From a virus (taxonomy: Duplodnaviria; Caudoviricetes): a stretch of 60,233 nucleotides of DNA. Each line of letters starts with the position of its first letter. The stretch's first letter is position 1. The stretch covers positions 1-60,233 of the IMG/VR virus record IMGVR_UViG_3300009428_000008, one strand, 5' to 3'. The notes under the pieces are model-generated. The model was not told where the DNA came from. It ran no database searches and saw nothing but the letters and a program-made list of their open reading frames with translations. A program made the translations under genes and the position numbers. This document shows positions 8,144-18,700 of the stretch, piece by piece.

Positions 8144-9382
8144 ATGCCAATCAAACAGAGTGTAGATTCTAAAACTAGCAGTAGTGGAGATATTAGTATA
8201 TTTGGTGCTAGGGTAATATCAATTATACTTGAAGATAAATCCTACCCTCAAGAATTTAAAAAAAATGGAAAGTGGAGTGCTGTAGGTAGTGTTTTTTTCT
8301 CTAAATTAAATGAATCAAATGCTAGTAAATCTGCATTATCTAATAATATTGCAAAACCTTTATTTCCAAATTCTTCAGTAATTCCTTTAAAGAATGAAGT
8401 AATTTATATTATACCCTTACCTAATAATAATGTTCAATCTGATGTAAATGATGTATCTTATTATTATTTTCAACCTATAAACATATGGAATAGCGTACAT
8501 CATAATGCTATACCAGATCCAGTACATGGCCCATCAACCGTTCCTGCATCACAAACCCAAAATAATCAACAAACTGCTGCAGGGAATCCTCGAGTAGTTA
8601 ATGATTCAAATATTAATATAGATTTAGGTCATACATTTAATGAAAAAATAGAAGGATCAGATTCAATTAGAAATTTACAACCCTATGCTGGGGATGTAAT
8701 ACATCAAGGGAGATGGGGACAATCACTTAGGTTTGGATCAACTGTTAAAAATTCAAACCCACCAAACCCTTGGTCTAAAGATGGAGAAGATGGTGATCCT
8801 ATAACTATTATTAAAAATGGTCAATATGAAGAAAGTAATGATCCTTGGATTCCACAAGTAGAAGACATAAATCTTGATCCTTCAAGTGTATATTTAACAA
8901 CTACCCAAAAAATACCAATTGAAGTAGCAAGTAAAAGTTATAAATCATACCAAAGTGCTCCTGAGTCTACTAATTTATATGTAGGTGATCAAATAATTTT
9001 AAATTCTGGCCGTTTACTATTTAATTCAAAAGTAGATTCAATATTATTAAGTGCTAATACCACTATTAATTTAAATTCAGTTGATAGTGTTAACATAGAT
9101 TCACCATTAACAGTAATCCAATCCCCTGAAATATATTTAGGTGATAAAAATGCAACTGAACCCGTAATATTAGGTGATATATTTTTAACGGATTTTAGTA
9201 AATTAGCACAAAATCTTGTTAGTTTAGCTACGGGTTTAGTAACGGGTTTAGGTGGAAATATAGGAGGAACATTAGGACCTAATGGAGCAGTATTAGCGGC
9301 TGCATCACAATTACAAGTTAATGCTAATCAAATGGTAACTAAGATTGAAAAATATAAATCAAAAGTAAGCAAGTCTAAATAA
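8144..9382 (+). CDS. baseplate hub/central spike (gp5/GpV-like)
   Basis: N-terminal OB-like AKPLFP..VIPLKNEVI; GDVIHQGRWGQSLRFGS; C-terminal beta-helix-like strands; ATEPVILGD. Confidence 0.65.
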   Translation: MPIKQSVDSKTSSSGDISIFGARVISIILEDKSYPQEFKKNGKWSAVGSVFFSKLNESNASKSALSNNIAKPLFPNSSVIPLKNEVIYIIPLPNNNVQSDVNDVSYYYFQPINIWNSVHHNAIPDPVHGPSTVPASQTQNNQQTAAGNPRVVNDSNINIDLGHTFNEKIEGSDSIRNLQPYAGDVIHQGRWGQSLRFGSTVKNSNPPNPWSKDGEDGDPITIIKNGQYEESNDPWIPQVEDINLDPSSVYLTTTQKIPIEVASKSYKSYQSAPESTNLYVGDQIILNSGRLLFNSKVDSILLSANTTINLNSVDSVNIDSPLTVIQSPEIYLGDKNATEPVILGDIFLTDFSKLAQNLVSLATGLVTGLGGNIGGTLGPNGAVLAAASQLQVNANQMVTKIEKYKSKVSKSK

Positions 9383-11046
9383 TGCAATTTCTAAATAAAT
9401 TAATAGGCAAAGCAGTATATAAAGTAATATCTAATGTTACTAAGATGGATATTGTAATTGATTTTTTAAAAGATAAATTTAAAGATCAATGTCCTCCTAG
9501 AGCAGAATTACTTGCTATTGTTAAGCAAAAAAACCAAATCCAATCAGGGTTAGAAGCTTGTTTAGTAGTTTTTAATCCTATTAATACAGCAGCAGCAACC
9601 GTTGATGGTATAGTAACAACTGTAGGTATAGCAGTAAAAATAATTAAACTAATTCCAATTCCAACTTCATTCCCCCCTGGTGTTGGTATTCCTATTAATG
9701 TTATAACAATTTTATCAGATTCCTTAGATCAACTAGATAAATTATTAACATCAGCTAAAATAACAGTATCAATAGTAGCTCCATTATCAAAAATTATATC
9801 GGATGCAATTACTAAAACAATTGCAAGACTCCAAGAATTAGATATTCTTTTTAATGAGTGTATGGGAGAAATAGTTAAGGGTACTAATGAAGGTGGTACT
9901 GGTGTTCCTTTAACACCCCAAGAACAAGACGAATTAGCTTTAGAAATAGTTAACATTGCAGCTACCTCCGGAGACTTTGATAATCCTGCGTTAAATGCAA
10001 ATACTGATGCTGATCTTTTAGATAGATTATCCCCAAATTCAGCAAATCCACTTGCATATAAAGGTTTTGTATTTATGGTTGAATATGAAACTGTAGAAGT
10101 AATTTCTGATACAGGAGTTATTACTCAAGAACAAGAATATTCTTTCCCTTCAAGAAGAATTAAAGCAACAAATAAAGATACATCTGCGGGTAATGTATAT
10201 TTAGGTTTAGAAGTTTATAATTTAGTGGGTGGTAGATATTCATTTAGTGCATCCACCCAAGTCTTAATAAATGAAGCAAAGTTTAGAATTGATAATTTAA
10301 ACTATACAAAATATTGGAAGGAATGGATAAAATCTAATAATACACAAACATTAGCACCAGGTAAAATTACAATAGCAGGCCCTGTTAATAATAATACAAT
10401 AGGTCCTAATCCCCTACCACCAAGCAATACAGGAGGATCATTTCCATCACCAATTGAAGTAATACAGGAAAGTTGGACAAATTGGAATCAATTAAGTGGA
10501 ATGAAATCAAATATGCAGCAGCAAATGTACGGTTCAAACCCATATAAAAATATTCCATATAGTATTGATATTGGCCAATCATTATTTTTAAATTCTACTA
10601 GAAATTCTAGTGGTACTTTAACATCAGCAACTAAAGGTTTACCTACAAAAAGTGCTATAAGGTTAAAAGCAAAAGTTAATTCACCAGGTGCTAAAATAAC
10701 ATTTACAGTTGATACTGGAGGGTTTACACCACAATCCCCTTGGGGTTATGGTAACCCAGGTGTTGGAAATTATAATGATGGAGTTAAACAACCTTATAGA
10801 AGAGGAGAGGTGGAAATTAAAATTAATGCTGCTTCTGGATCTCAATATCAAAATATAAAACTTCTTAAAGTAAATAAAGGAGTAGGGATTTATACCTTTA
10901 CTTATCCTAAAATAGGTACATATTATATTGAGGCTATAATTTGGAATGGGGGACGATATGGTACAAATTTTAATAATCAAACAGCTGAATATATTAATTC
11001 CAACCAATCATCATCTTTAATCGTAACATATGATTCTCAACAATAA
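9382..11046 (+). CDS. hypothetical structural protein
   Basis: 554 aa, coupled to the gp5-like gene; helical hydrophobic N-half, N/G/S-rich beta C-half. Confidence 0.55.
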   Translation: MQFLNKLIGKAVYKVISNVTKMDIVIDFLKDKFKDQCPPRAELLAIVKQKNQIQSGLEACLVVFNPINTAAATVDGIVTTVGIAVKIIKLIPIPTSFPPGVGIPINVITILSDSLDQLDKLLTSAKITVSIVAPLSKIISDAITKTIARLQELDILFNECMGEIVKGTNEGGTGVPLTPQEQDELALEIVNIAATSGDFDNPALNANTDADLLDRLSPNSANPLAYKGFVFMVEYETVEVISDTGVITQEQEYSFPSRRIKATNKDTSAGNVYLGLEVYNLVGGRYSFSASTQVLINEAKFRIDNLNYTKYWKEWIKSNNTQTLAPGKITIAGPVNNNTIGPNPLPPSNTGGSFPSPIEVIQESWTNWNQLSGMKSNMQQQMYGSNPYKNIPYSIDIGQSLFLNSTRNSSGTLTSATKGLPTKSAIRLKAKVNSPGAKITFTVDTGGFTPQSPWGYGNPGVGNYNDGVKQPYRRGEVEIKINAASGSQYQNIKLLKVNKGVGIYTFTYPKIGTYYIEAIIWNGGRYGTNFNNQTAEYINSNQSSSLIVTYDSQQ

Positions 11047-11086
11047 ACATAATGAAAAATAAACATGCAAAAAATTAACTAACTTA

Positions 11087-11096
11087 ATATTTATAA
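11087..11096 (+). promoter_or_regulatory. putative late promoter ATATTTATAA
   Basis: Exact 10-mer before ATG 11102. Confidence 0.6.
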
Positions 11097-11101
11097 TAAA
11101 A

Positions 11102-11464
11102 ATGAAGTCATCAGAATTAAAAAACCTAATAAAAACAGCAGTAAGAGAAGCAATTCAAGAAGAATTAAAAGATATCTTATTGGAAGCTGTTAAGACTCCT
11201 ACAGTTATCGCACAACAACCACAAACTTATTCTCCTCCAGCAATTGTAGAGAACCAAAATTCTCTCCCACCTCAACAGCCTATGATGTCTGCTGAGGATA
11301 AAAGAGCAGCATATAAAAATATTTTAGGAGATACAGCCTCAACATTAACATCAAATAATGTTCCTCAAACTTTCAACCCTCAACAAGGATTTGATTCATC
11401 AAATGGAACTTTACCACAAGGTGAAGTAGATATGTCTCAAATATCAGGATTAATGAATCGTTAA
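11102..11464 (+). CDS. hypothetical protein with MKxSELK..IK N-terminal tag
   Basis: N-terminus shared with the ORFs at 34441 and 46070. Confidence 0.7.
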   Translation: MKSSELKNLIKTAVREAIQEELKDILLEAVKTPTVIAQQPQTYSPPAIVENQNSLPPQQPMMSAEDKRAAYKNILGDTASTLTSNNVPQTFNPQQGFDSSNGTLPQGEVDMSQISGLMNR

Positions 11465-11465
11465 A

Positions 11466-11873
11466 ATGGCAAGAATAATAAATAATAGATTTCCAATTGA
11501 CTCAGTTGCTCGAAAGGCAGTTGGGTTTGGTTTTCCTATAAACGGTCCTGCTGTTTTTGTACCAACTTATACAGTTCGGGAACAAACAAAGGCAAATTTA
11601 ATTAATTATTTATTAACCAATAAAGGTGAAAGAGTATTTAATCCTATGTTTGGGGCTGATTTAAGAAGTTTATTATTTGAAAATGTTTTAGATCGTACAA
11701 CAGATGAACTACAATCGATAATACAAAATGATATTAATATTTATTTCCCACAAGTTGATATTAAAGAAGTAAAATTTATAAACACACCAGACAACAACAC
11801 AATCAATTTTTCCTTAACATATACAATAGCTAATTTTGGAATAACAGATGATTTAACTATATTACTACAATAA
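11466..11873 (+). CDS. gp25: baseplate wedge subunit, gp25/GpW family
   Basis: NLINYLLTNKGERVFNPMFGADLRSLLFE. Confidence 0.92.
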   Translation: MARIINNRFPIDSVARKAVGFGFPINGPAVFVPTYTVREQTKANLINYLLTNKGERVFNPMFGADLRSLLFENVLDRTTDELQSIIQNDINIYFPQVDIKEVKFINTPDNNTINFSLTYTIANFGITDDLTILLQ

Positions 11874-13735
11874 TGGCAGATTTAAAAAGAGACATAAGAT
11901 ATGTTGATAAGGATTTTAATCAGTTTAGAAATTCCTTAATACAATATTCTAAAACATATTTTCCAGATACCTATAATGATTTTACAGATACATCTACAGG
12001 TATGTTATTTATGGAGATGGCATCCTATGTGGGTGATGTTTTATCATTTTATTTAGATAACCAAATTCAAGAAACCTTTATACAAAAGGCAAGACAACAG
12101 GAAAATTTATATCAGATGGCCTATTTATTAGGTTATGAGCCAAAAGTAACAACAGCAGCTTCTGTAAATATTGATTTTTACCAACAACTACCTGCATCCC
12201 AATCAGCAGGAGAATATTTTCCAGATTTTGATTATGCTATGATAATTCCTGAAAATACACAAATAGTATCGGATAATGATGCTTCTCAAAAATTTATAAT
12301 TGAAGATATAATTGATTTTTCAGCTTCAGGTTCATTAGATCCTACAGAAGTTACAGTTTACCAAATATCAAATGATAACCCAACATATTATTTAATTAAA
12401 AAAACAAGAAAAGCAATATCAGCTGCAATTAACTCTACTCAATTTACTTTTACAACATCAAAAAAATATGATGTAAGAACTATTTCTACTCCTAATATTA
12501 TAGGCGTATTAGACGTAGTAGATAGCGATGGCAATACTTGGTATGAAGTCCCAAACATGGCGCAGGAAAACGTATTTGATACGATTAGAAACACAAATCA
12601 AAACGACCCAACATACAACCAAGAAGTTGATGCCCCATATTTATTAAAATTAAAACAAGTACAAAGAAGATTTGTAACTAGATTTATAAATTCAGGATCA
12701 TTAGAATTCCAATTTGGAGCCGGTTCAACAAGAAGTAATGATGAAGAAATTGTCCCAAATCCAGATAATGTAGGTTTAGGTTTACCATTTGAAAGAGATC
12801 AATTAACGACAGCATTTTCACCTTTAAATTTTGTATATACTAATACTTATGGTATTGCTCCCTATAATACAACTTTAACCGTAAGATATTTAACAGGAGG
12901 TGGAGTTGCATCTAATGTTGAAGCAAATACCTTAACAGTACTAAATGATAGTAATTTTACATTTATTAACCCAAATCTAGCTGATACAGCTTTAGCAAAT
13001 CAAATATTCTCTTCAGTATCATCAATTAACCCATTAGCAGCTGATGGTGGTCAAGATGGAGATACTACAGAAGAATTAAGATTAAATGCTGTAGGTAACT
13101 TTCAAAATCAGCTACGTACAGTAACAAAAGAAGATTATTTAATTAGAGCATTATCTATGCCTTCTAATTTAGGTACTATAGCAAAAGCATACGCTTCACC
13201 CACTAAGATAGATGGTTATAATCCTGGTGAATTACCTACAATTTTAGATTTATTTGTTTTAACATATAATTCTACTGGTAAATTACGAACTGCATCATCT
13301 TTAATGAAAGCTAATCTAACAACATATTTAGCAGAATATAGAATGATAAATGATTCTGTTAAAATTAAAGATGCTTTTATTATTAATATAGAAGTAATAT
13401 TTGATATAATAGTCCTACCTAATTATAATAATAATAAAACAATTACTGATTGTATTACATCCTTATCCAGTTTCTTTGATATAGATAAATGGCAGATAAA
13501 CCAACCAATTTTATTAAGTGATTTATTTATTCTTTTAGATAAAGTAGAAGGTGTTCAAACTGTTAAAAATGTAAATATTAATAATTTAGTAGGAGAAGCT
13601 TTAGGTTATAGTGATTATGCTTATGATATACAAGGAGCAACAATAAATCAAGTAGTTTACCCATCAATTGATCCTATGATTTTTGAAGTAAAAAATCCTA
13701 ATGTAGATATTAAAGGTAGAGTAGTACCTTTATAA
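11873..13735 (+). CDS. gp6: baseplate wedge subunit gp6-like
   Basis: DFNQFRNSL, MASYVGDVLSFYLD, FQFGAG, VRYLTGGG, GGQDGDT.EELR, QLRTVTKEDY. Confidence 0.9.
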   Translation: MADLKRDIRYVDKDFNQFRNSLIQYSKTYFPDTYNDFTDTSTGMLFMEMASYVGDVLSFYLDNQIQETFIQKARQQENLYQMAYLLGYEPKVTTAASVNIDFYQQLPASQSAGEYFPDFDYAMIIPENTQIVSDNDASQKFIIEDIIDFSASGSLDPTEVTVYQISNDNPTYYLIKKTRKAISAAINSTQFTFTTSKKYDVRTISTPNIIGVLDVVDSDGNTWYEVPNMAQENVFDTIRNTNQNDPTYNQEVDAPYLLKLKQVQRRFVTRFINSGSLEFQFGAGSTRSNDEEIVPNPDNVGLGLPFERDQLTTAFSPLNFVYTNTYGIAPYNTTLTVRYLTGGGVASNVEANTLTVLNDSNFTFINPNLADTALANQIFSSVSSINPLAADGGQDGDTTEELRLNAVGNFQNQLRTVTKEDYLIRALSMPSNLGTIAKAYASPTKIDGYNPGELPTILDLFVLTYNSTGKLRTASSLMKANLTTYLAEYRMINDSVKIKDAFIINIEVIFDIIVLPNYNNNKTITDCITSLSSFFDIDKWQINQPILLSDLFILLDKVEGVQTVKNVNINNLVGEALGYSDYAYDIQGATINQVVYPSIDPMIFEVKNPNVDIKGRVVPL

Positions 13736-13747
13736 AAATAAAATAAT

Positions 13748-14200
13748 ATGGCAGATTCAATAATAGATAGTTTAGGAAAAACAAATTTAGATACTACAGA
13801 TAAAGCACCATTAGGGGGACCTATAAATGCTCCACAGTATAATTTTGAAACTAAATACTCATCAACAGATCCATATTTTATACCAGGTACACAGTTACAA
13901 GAAACAAGACTAAGCCAATCATTAACGATTACAGCTTTAGATGTTGAAAGTGATGAAGCTGGTGTAGCTCAAGGAGTAACTGGAGGACCTAATAGAACAA
14001 ACTCAACAAATATACCAAGTGGTCAATATAAAGCACTTGGCTCATCACCTCTCCCATTAACACCAACACCAGGAGGACCAGCTTTAAAAACTAGAGAAGG
14101 TAAAGATAAAGAATTTACATTAAATGCTTATACTCCCCAAAGCACCTATATGGAGGCAATGGTTAAATTTAGAGATGATGCAAAAAACGACTTAATATAA
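13748..14200 (+). CDS. hypothetical protein in baseplate block
   Basis: 150-aa P/G/T-rich ORF. Confidence 0.6.
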   Translation: MADSIIDSLGKTNLDTTDKAPLGGPINAPQYNFETKYSSTDPYFIPGTQLQETRLSQSLTITALDVESDEAGVAQGVTGGPNRTNSTNIPSGQYKALGSSPLPLTPTPGGPALKTREGKDKEFTLNAYTPQSTYMEAMVKFRDDAKNDLI

Positions 14201-14206
14201 TAAACA

Positions 14207-15355
14207 ATGGCTATATATAAAATATTTCCTGAAAAAGATGCTACACTCTATACTGAATTTCCTTCCCAAAATACAGGATTAGATCAGATTATAGAATCAT
14301 CTATGTATCTTGCTAATTCTGTACCACAAGTTAGTAGATATTTAATTAAATTTCCTACATCTCAAATTACAGAAATGTATGAAAATAAAATTACAAATGG
14401 AGAATATGCCGTTTACTTAAGAAACTTCAATGCTGTTGTAACAGGTTTAAATGCAGATCAAAAACTAGAATTTTATCCAACATGGGGTAATTGGGATATG
14501 GGTACTGGTAGATTTAATGATTTACCTATAGTAACAAATGGTACAAGTTGGACATACTTAAAATACTCAGGATCTACATCCTGGGAAGAAAGTGGTTTTG
14601 ACCCTTATGTAACAGCATCATTTCAATCTACTCTACCAGGTGGTGGTAATTGGTATACAGGTTCAAATTTATCCTCAACTTTAGATCCGATTTCTCAATC
14701 ACAAAACTTTAACTATTCAGATACTAAGGATGTTGTAGTTGATGTAAAAAATACAGTTGAAACTTGGTATAGTTATTCATTAGATAATACTAAGGGATTT
14801 AAAAATGAAGGATTTATTGTTAAAAATCCAGATAATGTTGAGTTTATAAATAGTAAAGCTAATACTACTATATTTAGATTTTTCTCAATAGATACTAATA
14901 CAATCTACCCACCACAATTAGAATTTAGATTTAATGATTATATATTTTCTACAGGTTCATCTACAAATGTAGTTCTACCACAAGTAGAAAGTTTTATATC
15001 AGTTTATAATAATCAAGGAACTTATTATTCACAAAGTATTCCAAGATTAAGATTTGCGGCAATGCCTAAATACCCTGATAGAACATTTCTAACATCTTCC
15101 TTATACTCAACAAATTATTACCTACCAGAATCACAATCTTTATATGCTGTAAAAGATACAGAAACTAATGAATTTGTAATTGATTTTGATAGTGAATATA
15201 CAAGAATTAGTGCTGATGATACTTCAAGTTTCTTTGATTTATATTGTAATGGTTTAGAGCCTGAAAGATATTATACAATTTTAGTAAAAACTTCAATAAA
15301 TGGTGAAGTTAAAGTATTTGATGAAAATATAATGTTTAAAATAGCTAAGGGATAA
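14207..15355 (+). CDS. virion structural protein (baseplate/tail)
   Basis: KDATLY...WDMGTG...GGGNW...FFSIDTNTIYPPQLE; beta-rich; baseplate context. Confidence 0.6.
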   Translation: MAIYKIFPEKDATLYTEFPSQNTGLDQIIESSMYLANSVPQVSRYLIKFPTSQITEMYENKITNGEYAVYLRNFNAVVTGLNADQKLEFYPTWGNWDMGTGRFNDLPIVTNGTSWTYLKYSGSTSWEESGFDPYVTASFQSTLPGGGNWYTGSNLSSTLDPISQSQNFNYSDTKDVVVDVKNTVETWYSYSLDNTKGFKNEGFIVKNPDNVEFINSKANTTIFRFFSIDTNTIYPPQLEFRFNDYIFSTGSSTNVVLPQVESFISVYNNQGTYYSQSIPRLRFAAMPKYPDRTFLTSSLYSTNYYLPESQSLYAVKDTETNEFVIDFDSEYTRISADDTSSFFDLYCNGLEPERYYTILVKTSINGEVKVFDENIMFKIAKG

Positions 15356-15747
15356 TGGATAATAGTAAACAAGTTCAAATAGTAAGACAAGTATTTGATA
15401 GAGAAGCTTTTAATGAAACTGTAAGTACAGAATTCACACAACTTATATCTCCATTAGATCCATCTTTCTTTGATATTAATTTGGCTACCCAAGAAGATTT
15501 TTGGATATTATATAACAAATATTTTTATGAAATCCCAAAATATTCAAATCCGGACTCAAGCTCACCTAGTATGCAAACATCTCACCAATATTTAGTTGAA
15601 ACTAGTGGAGAATTTATTGATTATGATCCAAATAGAGAAGAAATAGAGGCTTTATTACAAGAAATAGCAGATTTAAGAGCAGAAAATTTAGAAGTTAGAC
15701 AAGAAATGGTAGAAGTTATTAATAATTTTGCTGATTCACAACAATAA
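15355..15747 (+). CDS. hypothetical protein with C-terminal coiled coil
   Basis: EEIEALLQEIADLRAENLEVRQE; translationally coupled. Confidence 0.65.
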   Translation: MDNSKQVQIVRQVFDREAFNETVSTEFTQLISPLDPSFFDINLATQEDFWILYNKYFYEIPKYSNPDSSSPSMQTSHQYLVETSGEFIDYDPNREEIEALLQEIADLRAENLEVRQEMVEVINNFADSQQ

Positions 15748-15760
15748 TAATAGTAAATAA

Positions 15761-18700
15761 ATGGAATACGAAAATAATAATTTTCTTAGTGGTGTAGAAA
15801 TTCCTATAAGTGCGTCCATGATGCCTATAGCTCCTCGTGAATTAACTTCTGATAGTTTTATTACACCTGAGGATGAAGCTATTATTCCTAATTCAGGTTT
15901 AACATCTTCTTTTGCCCCTACAGAAAATATAGTAGAATTTTATGCTTATGATGCTCAAAAGAATATCATTAGTAGAAATTACGATTTTAAAGATTGGAAA
16001 ATAACACAAAATTCAGCAAATACTGAAGTTCCTACTGATTTTACTGATGATCAAGGTTTAGAAGTAATAGTTTCATCTACGGGTTCTATTCCTACAGATT
16101 ATATTGAAGTTAACCCACCTGTTGATCTTTATAATTTAGGTTTTGATAATGGTGAAGTTTATGCTTTATATAATTTTATAAACTATGAATTAAGTTCATC
16201 AATAGATAATACATATTATATATCAGAAATATCAGGAGATAGAACTGAGGTTAGAATTAAGTCTAATACAATATCCAATGGAGATATTAGAAGTACTTAT
16301 AAGAAATTCCGCCAACAATTTAATTCACAAGAATATTTTGATGAATTTTATCTTGGATTATTTGATAATAGATATGAAATTTGTACTAATATTTTTCTTG
16401 AACAGGAGGATGAACAAGCATCTATTCTTCTTAAACTATATAATGAATTAGATCCTTCAATATCAACAGGTTCTCAAGTTTATGTTGCTACTAAAGTAGG
16501 TGAAACTGTATCTTATAAAGTAAAATTTGAAGAAGATTTTAGATCTTTTATTGATAATGCTACTTATATTAAAGGACCTAATATTAATATTCCTCTACAG
16601 GATTTAATTAATAACTCAACTACATTAAAAAATAAAGAAGAATTATTAAATTCTCCATCATCAGCCTCGGTTGATAGTGTATTAAATATATTAAATAAAA
16701 CAGGTGTAACTCTTACACCAAATTATTCATATGATACATTTGAAGAATTCATTAATTTTTCATCTGCAAAGGAAAGACTAAATAACTTTGTTGAAAAAGT
16801 AACACAGATTCAATCTCATGAAGCTGATATATCAGCTCTTATAGCTATAACAGGTTCAAACCCAACAGTAACACCAGTATCACAAAGTTTAGCATCAGCA
16901 CAATCTTCAATAACCAATTTAGTTGAAAATTTTGACGGTTATGAAAATTATTTATATTATAATACATCATCAGCTTTTGCTTATCCAAAAACCGGTTCAT
17001 ATTACCCATTCCCACTATTACCAACAACAGATCAAGAAGTAGTAGAATGGATTGGTAGTGATGTAGAAGGATCTCAATATTATGGTGGTTATTTATTATC
17101 TGCTTCTTTGTATGATGAAGATAATCAAAATTATTTATATTATACTATTCCTACTTTTATTACTGAAAATAGTAATAATGATGACTATACTACATTTTCC
17201 AATATGGTTGGTCAATCTTTTGATGAAGTTTGGATGTATACAAAAGCATTAAGTGAAAGATATAATACTACAAATGATCCCGAAAAAGGATTACCTTTAG
17301 ATCTAGCAGCTGATGCCATTAAGGGTCTAGGATTTGAAACATTTGGGAATAATTATGATAATCAAGATAACTTTATAGGTTTAGCAGGTGAAAATAATGG
17401 TACATATACTCCCCCAACAGGTAGTGAATTAATTACTGATTATATTGCAATAAATGGTGGTAGTGTAATGCTTTATTGGGATTACGATTACTCATGGGCT
17501 GATTATGTAGAAGAATTTATAGAATATGGTTGGCCTTATGCTATTGATAAAGTAAGTAAAGAAATTTACAAACGTCTTTATCATAATATGGCTTACCTTA
17601 CAAAAAAGAAAGGTACAATATCAGGTTTAAGACAACTTATCAATGTTTGGGGTATACCAAATACAATTCTTCGTATTAACGAATTTGGAGGTAAGAATAG
17701 AGACAATACTGATGATTATGATTTATGGTATAATAGATATAACTACACATACACACCTGTAGCAGCCCAGAATTTTATGGCAAGTTCATCCGTTAAAATA
17801 CCATGGATGCCTTTACTAAGAAATAAAATAGTTGCAGATAACCCACCAAACCCAATTATTAACCCAACTACAATTGTAAATCAAGGTTATGGTCAGTTTT
17901 TAGGTGGTAGGGTTATGTCTTATGATGGCACCCCAGGAACATCAAATCAATATGAAATAACTGGATCTGGACTTGGAGGACCCAACCTAGGTAGTGGAGG
18001 ACTTTCTACATTACGTACTATTGCTAATAATGGAGCTCCACAAGGATTAATACCTAGTAGCTCTTTAATTAATGATGTTAAAGTATTTTCTCCCGTAACT
18101 ATAACAGGAGCAAACACTCAAACCAACTCAGGAGTTTTAAATGGAATAGATAGTTATTTTACAGTAACTGGTGGAGGAGTTGGTGGTGAAATTGTTGTTT
18201 ACTCCGATTTAAGTGGAGGAATAGATAGGATTTTTATAAATAGTAATGGTACTGGTCAACGGGGGGGTTTAGGATATACAACTTCTTCAATAATAACAAT
18301 TACAGCAGCTCAATTAAATAGTATAAATGGTACTTTAGGTAATTCAATGTCAGGGGCAGATTACCAATATTCAGTAACTAGTGCTGATTTACAAGATGGA
18401 AGTCCAACTCAAATAATTACAGATAATAATTGGACAGTAGGAACAACATCTTCCTTAAGTACAAGAACAGGAACAATAACTGGGGGTGGTAGTGGTTTAT
18501 TTGTTAAATTTGATATTATAGGTAATGTTCTCTATAACTTACAAGTAGCAGATTATGGGGCGGATGGTTCCACTATTCCACTTGATACCAACACATTTGC
18601 AGGTGGTTGGGATTATAATGTGGGTGATATAATTTCACTAGCCTCATCTATTAATCCATTTGGTAATCAAGATGTCCCACAATCATGGTATAGTGGTAAT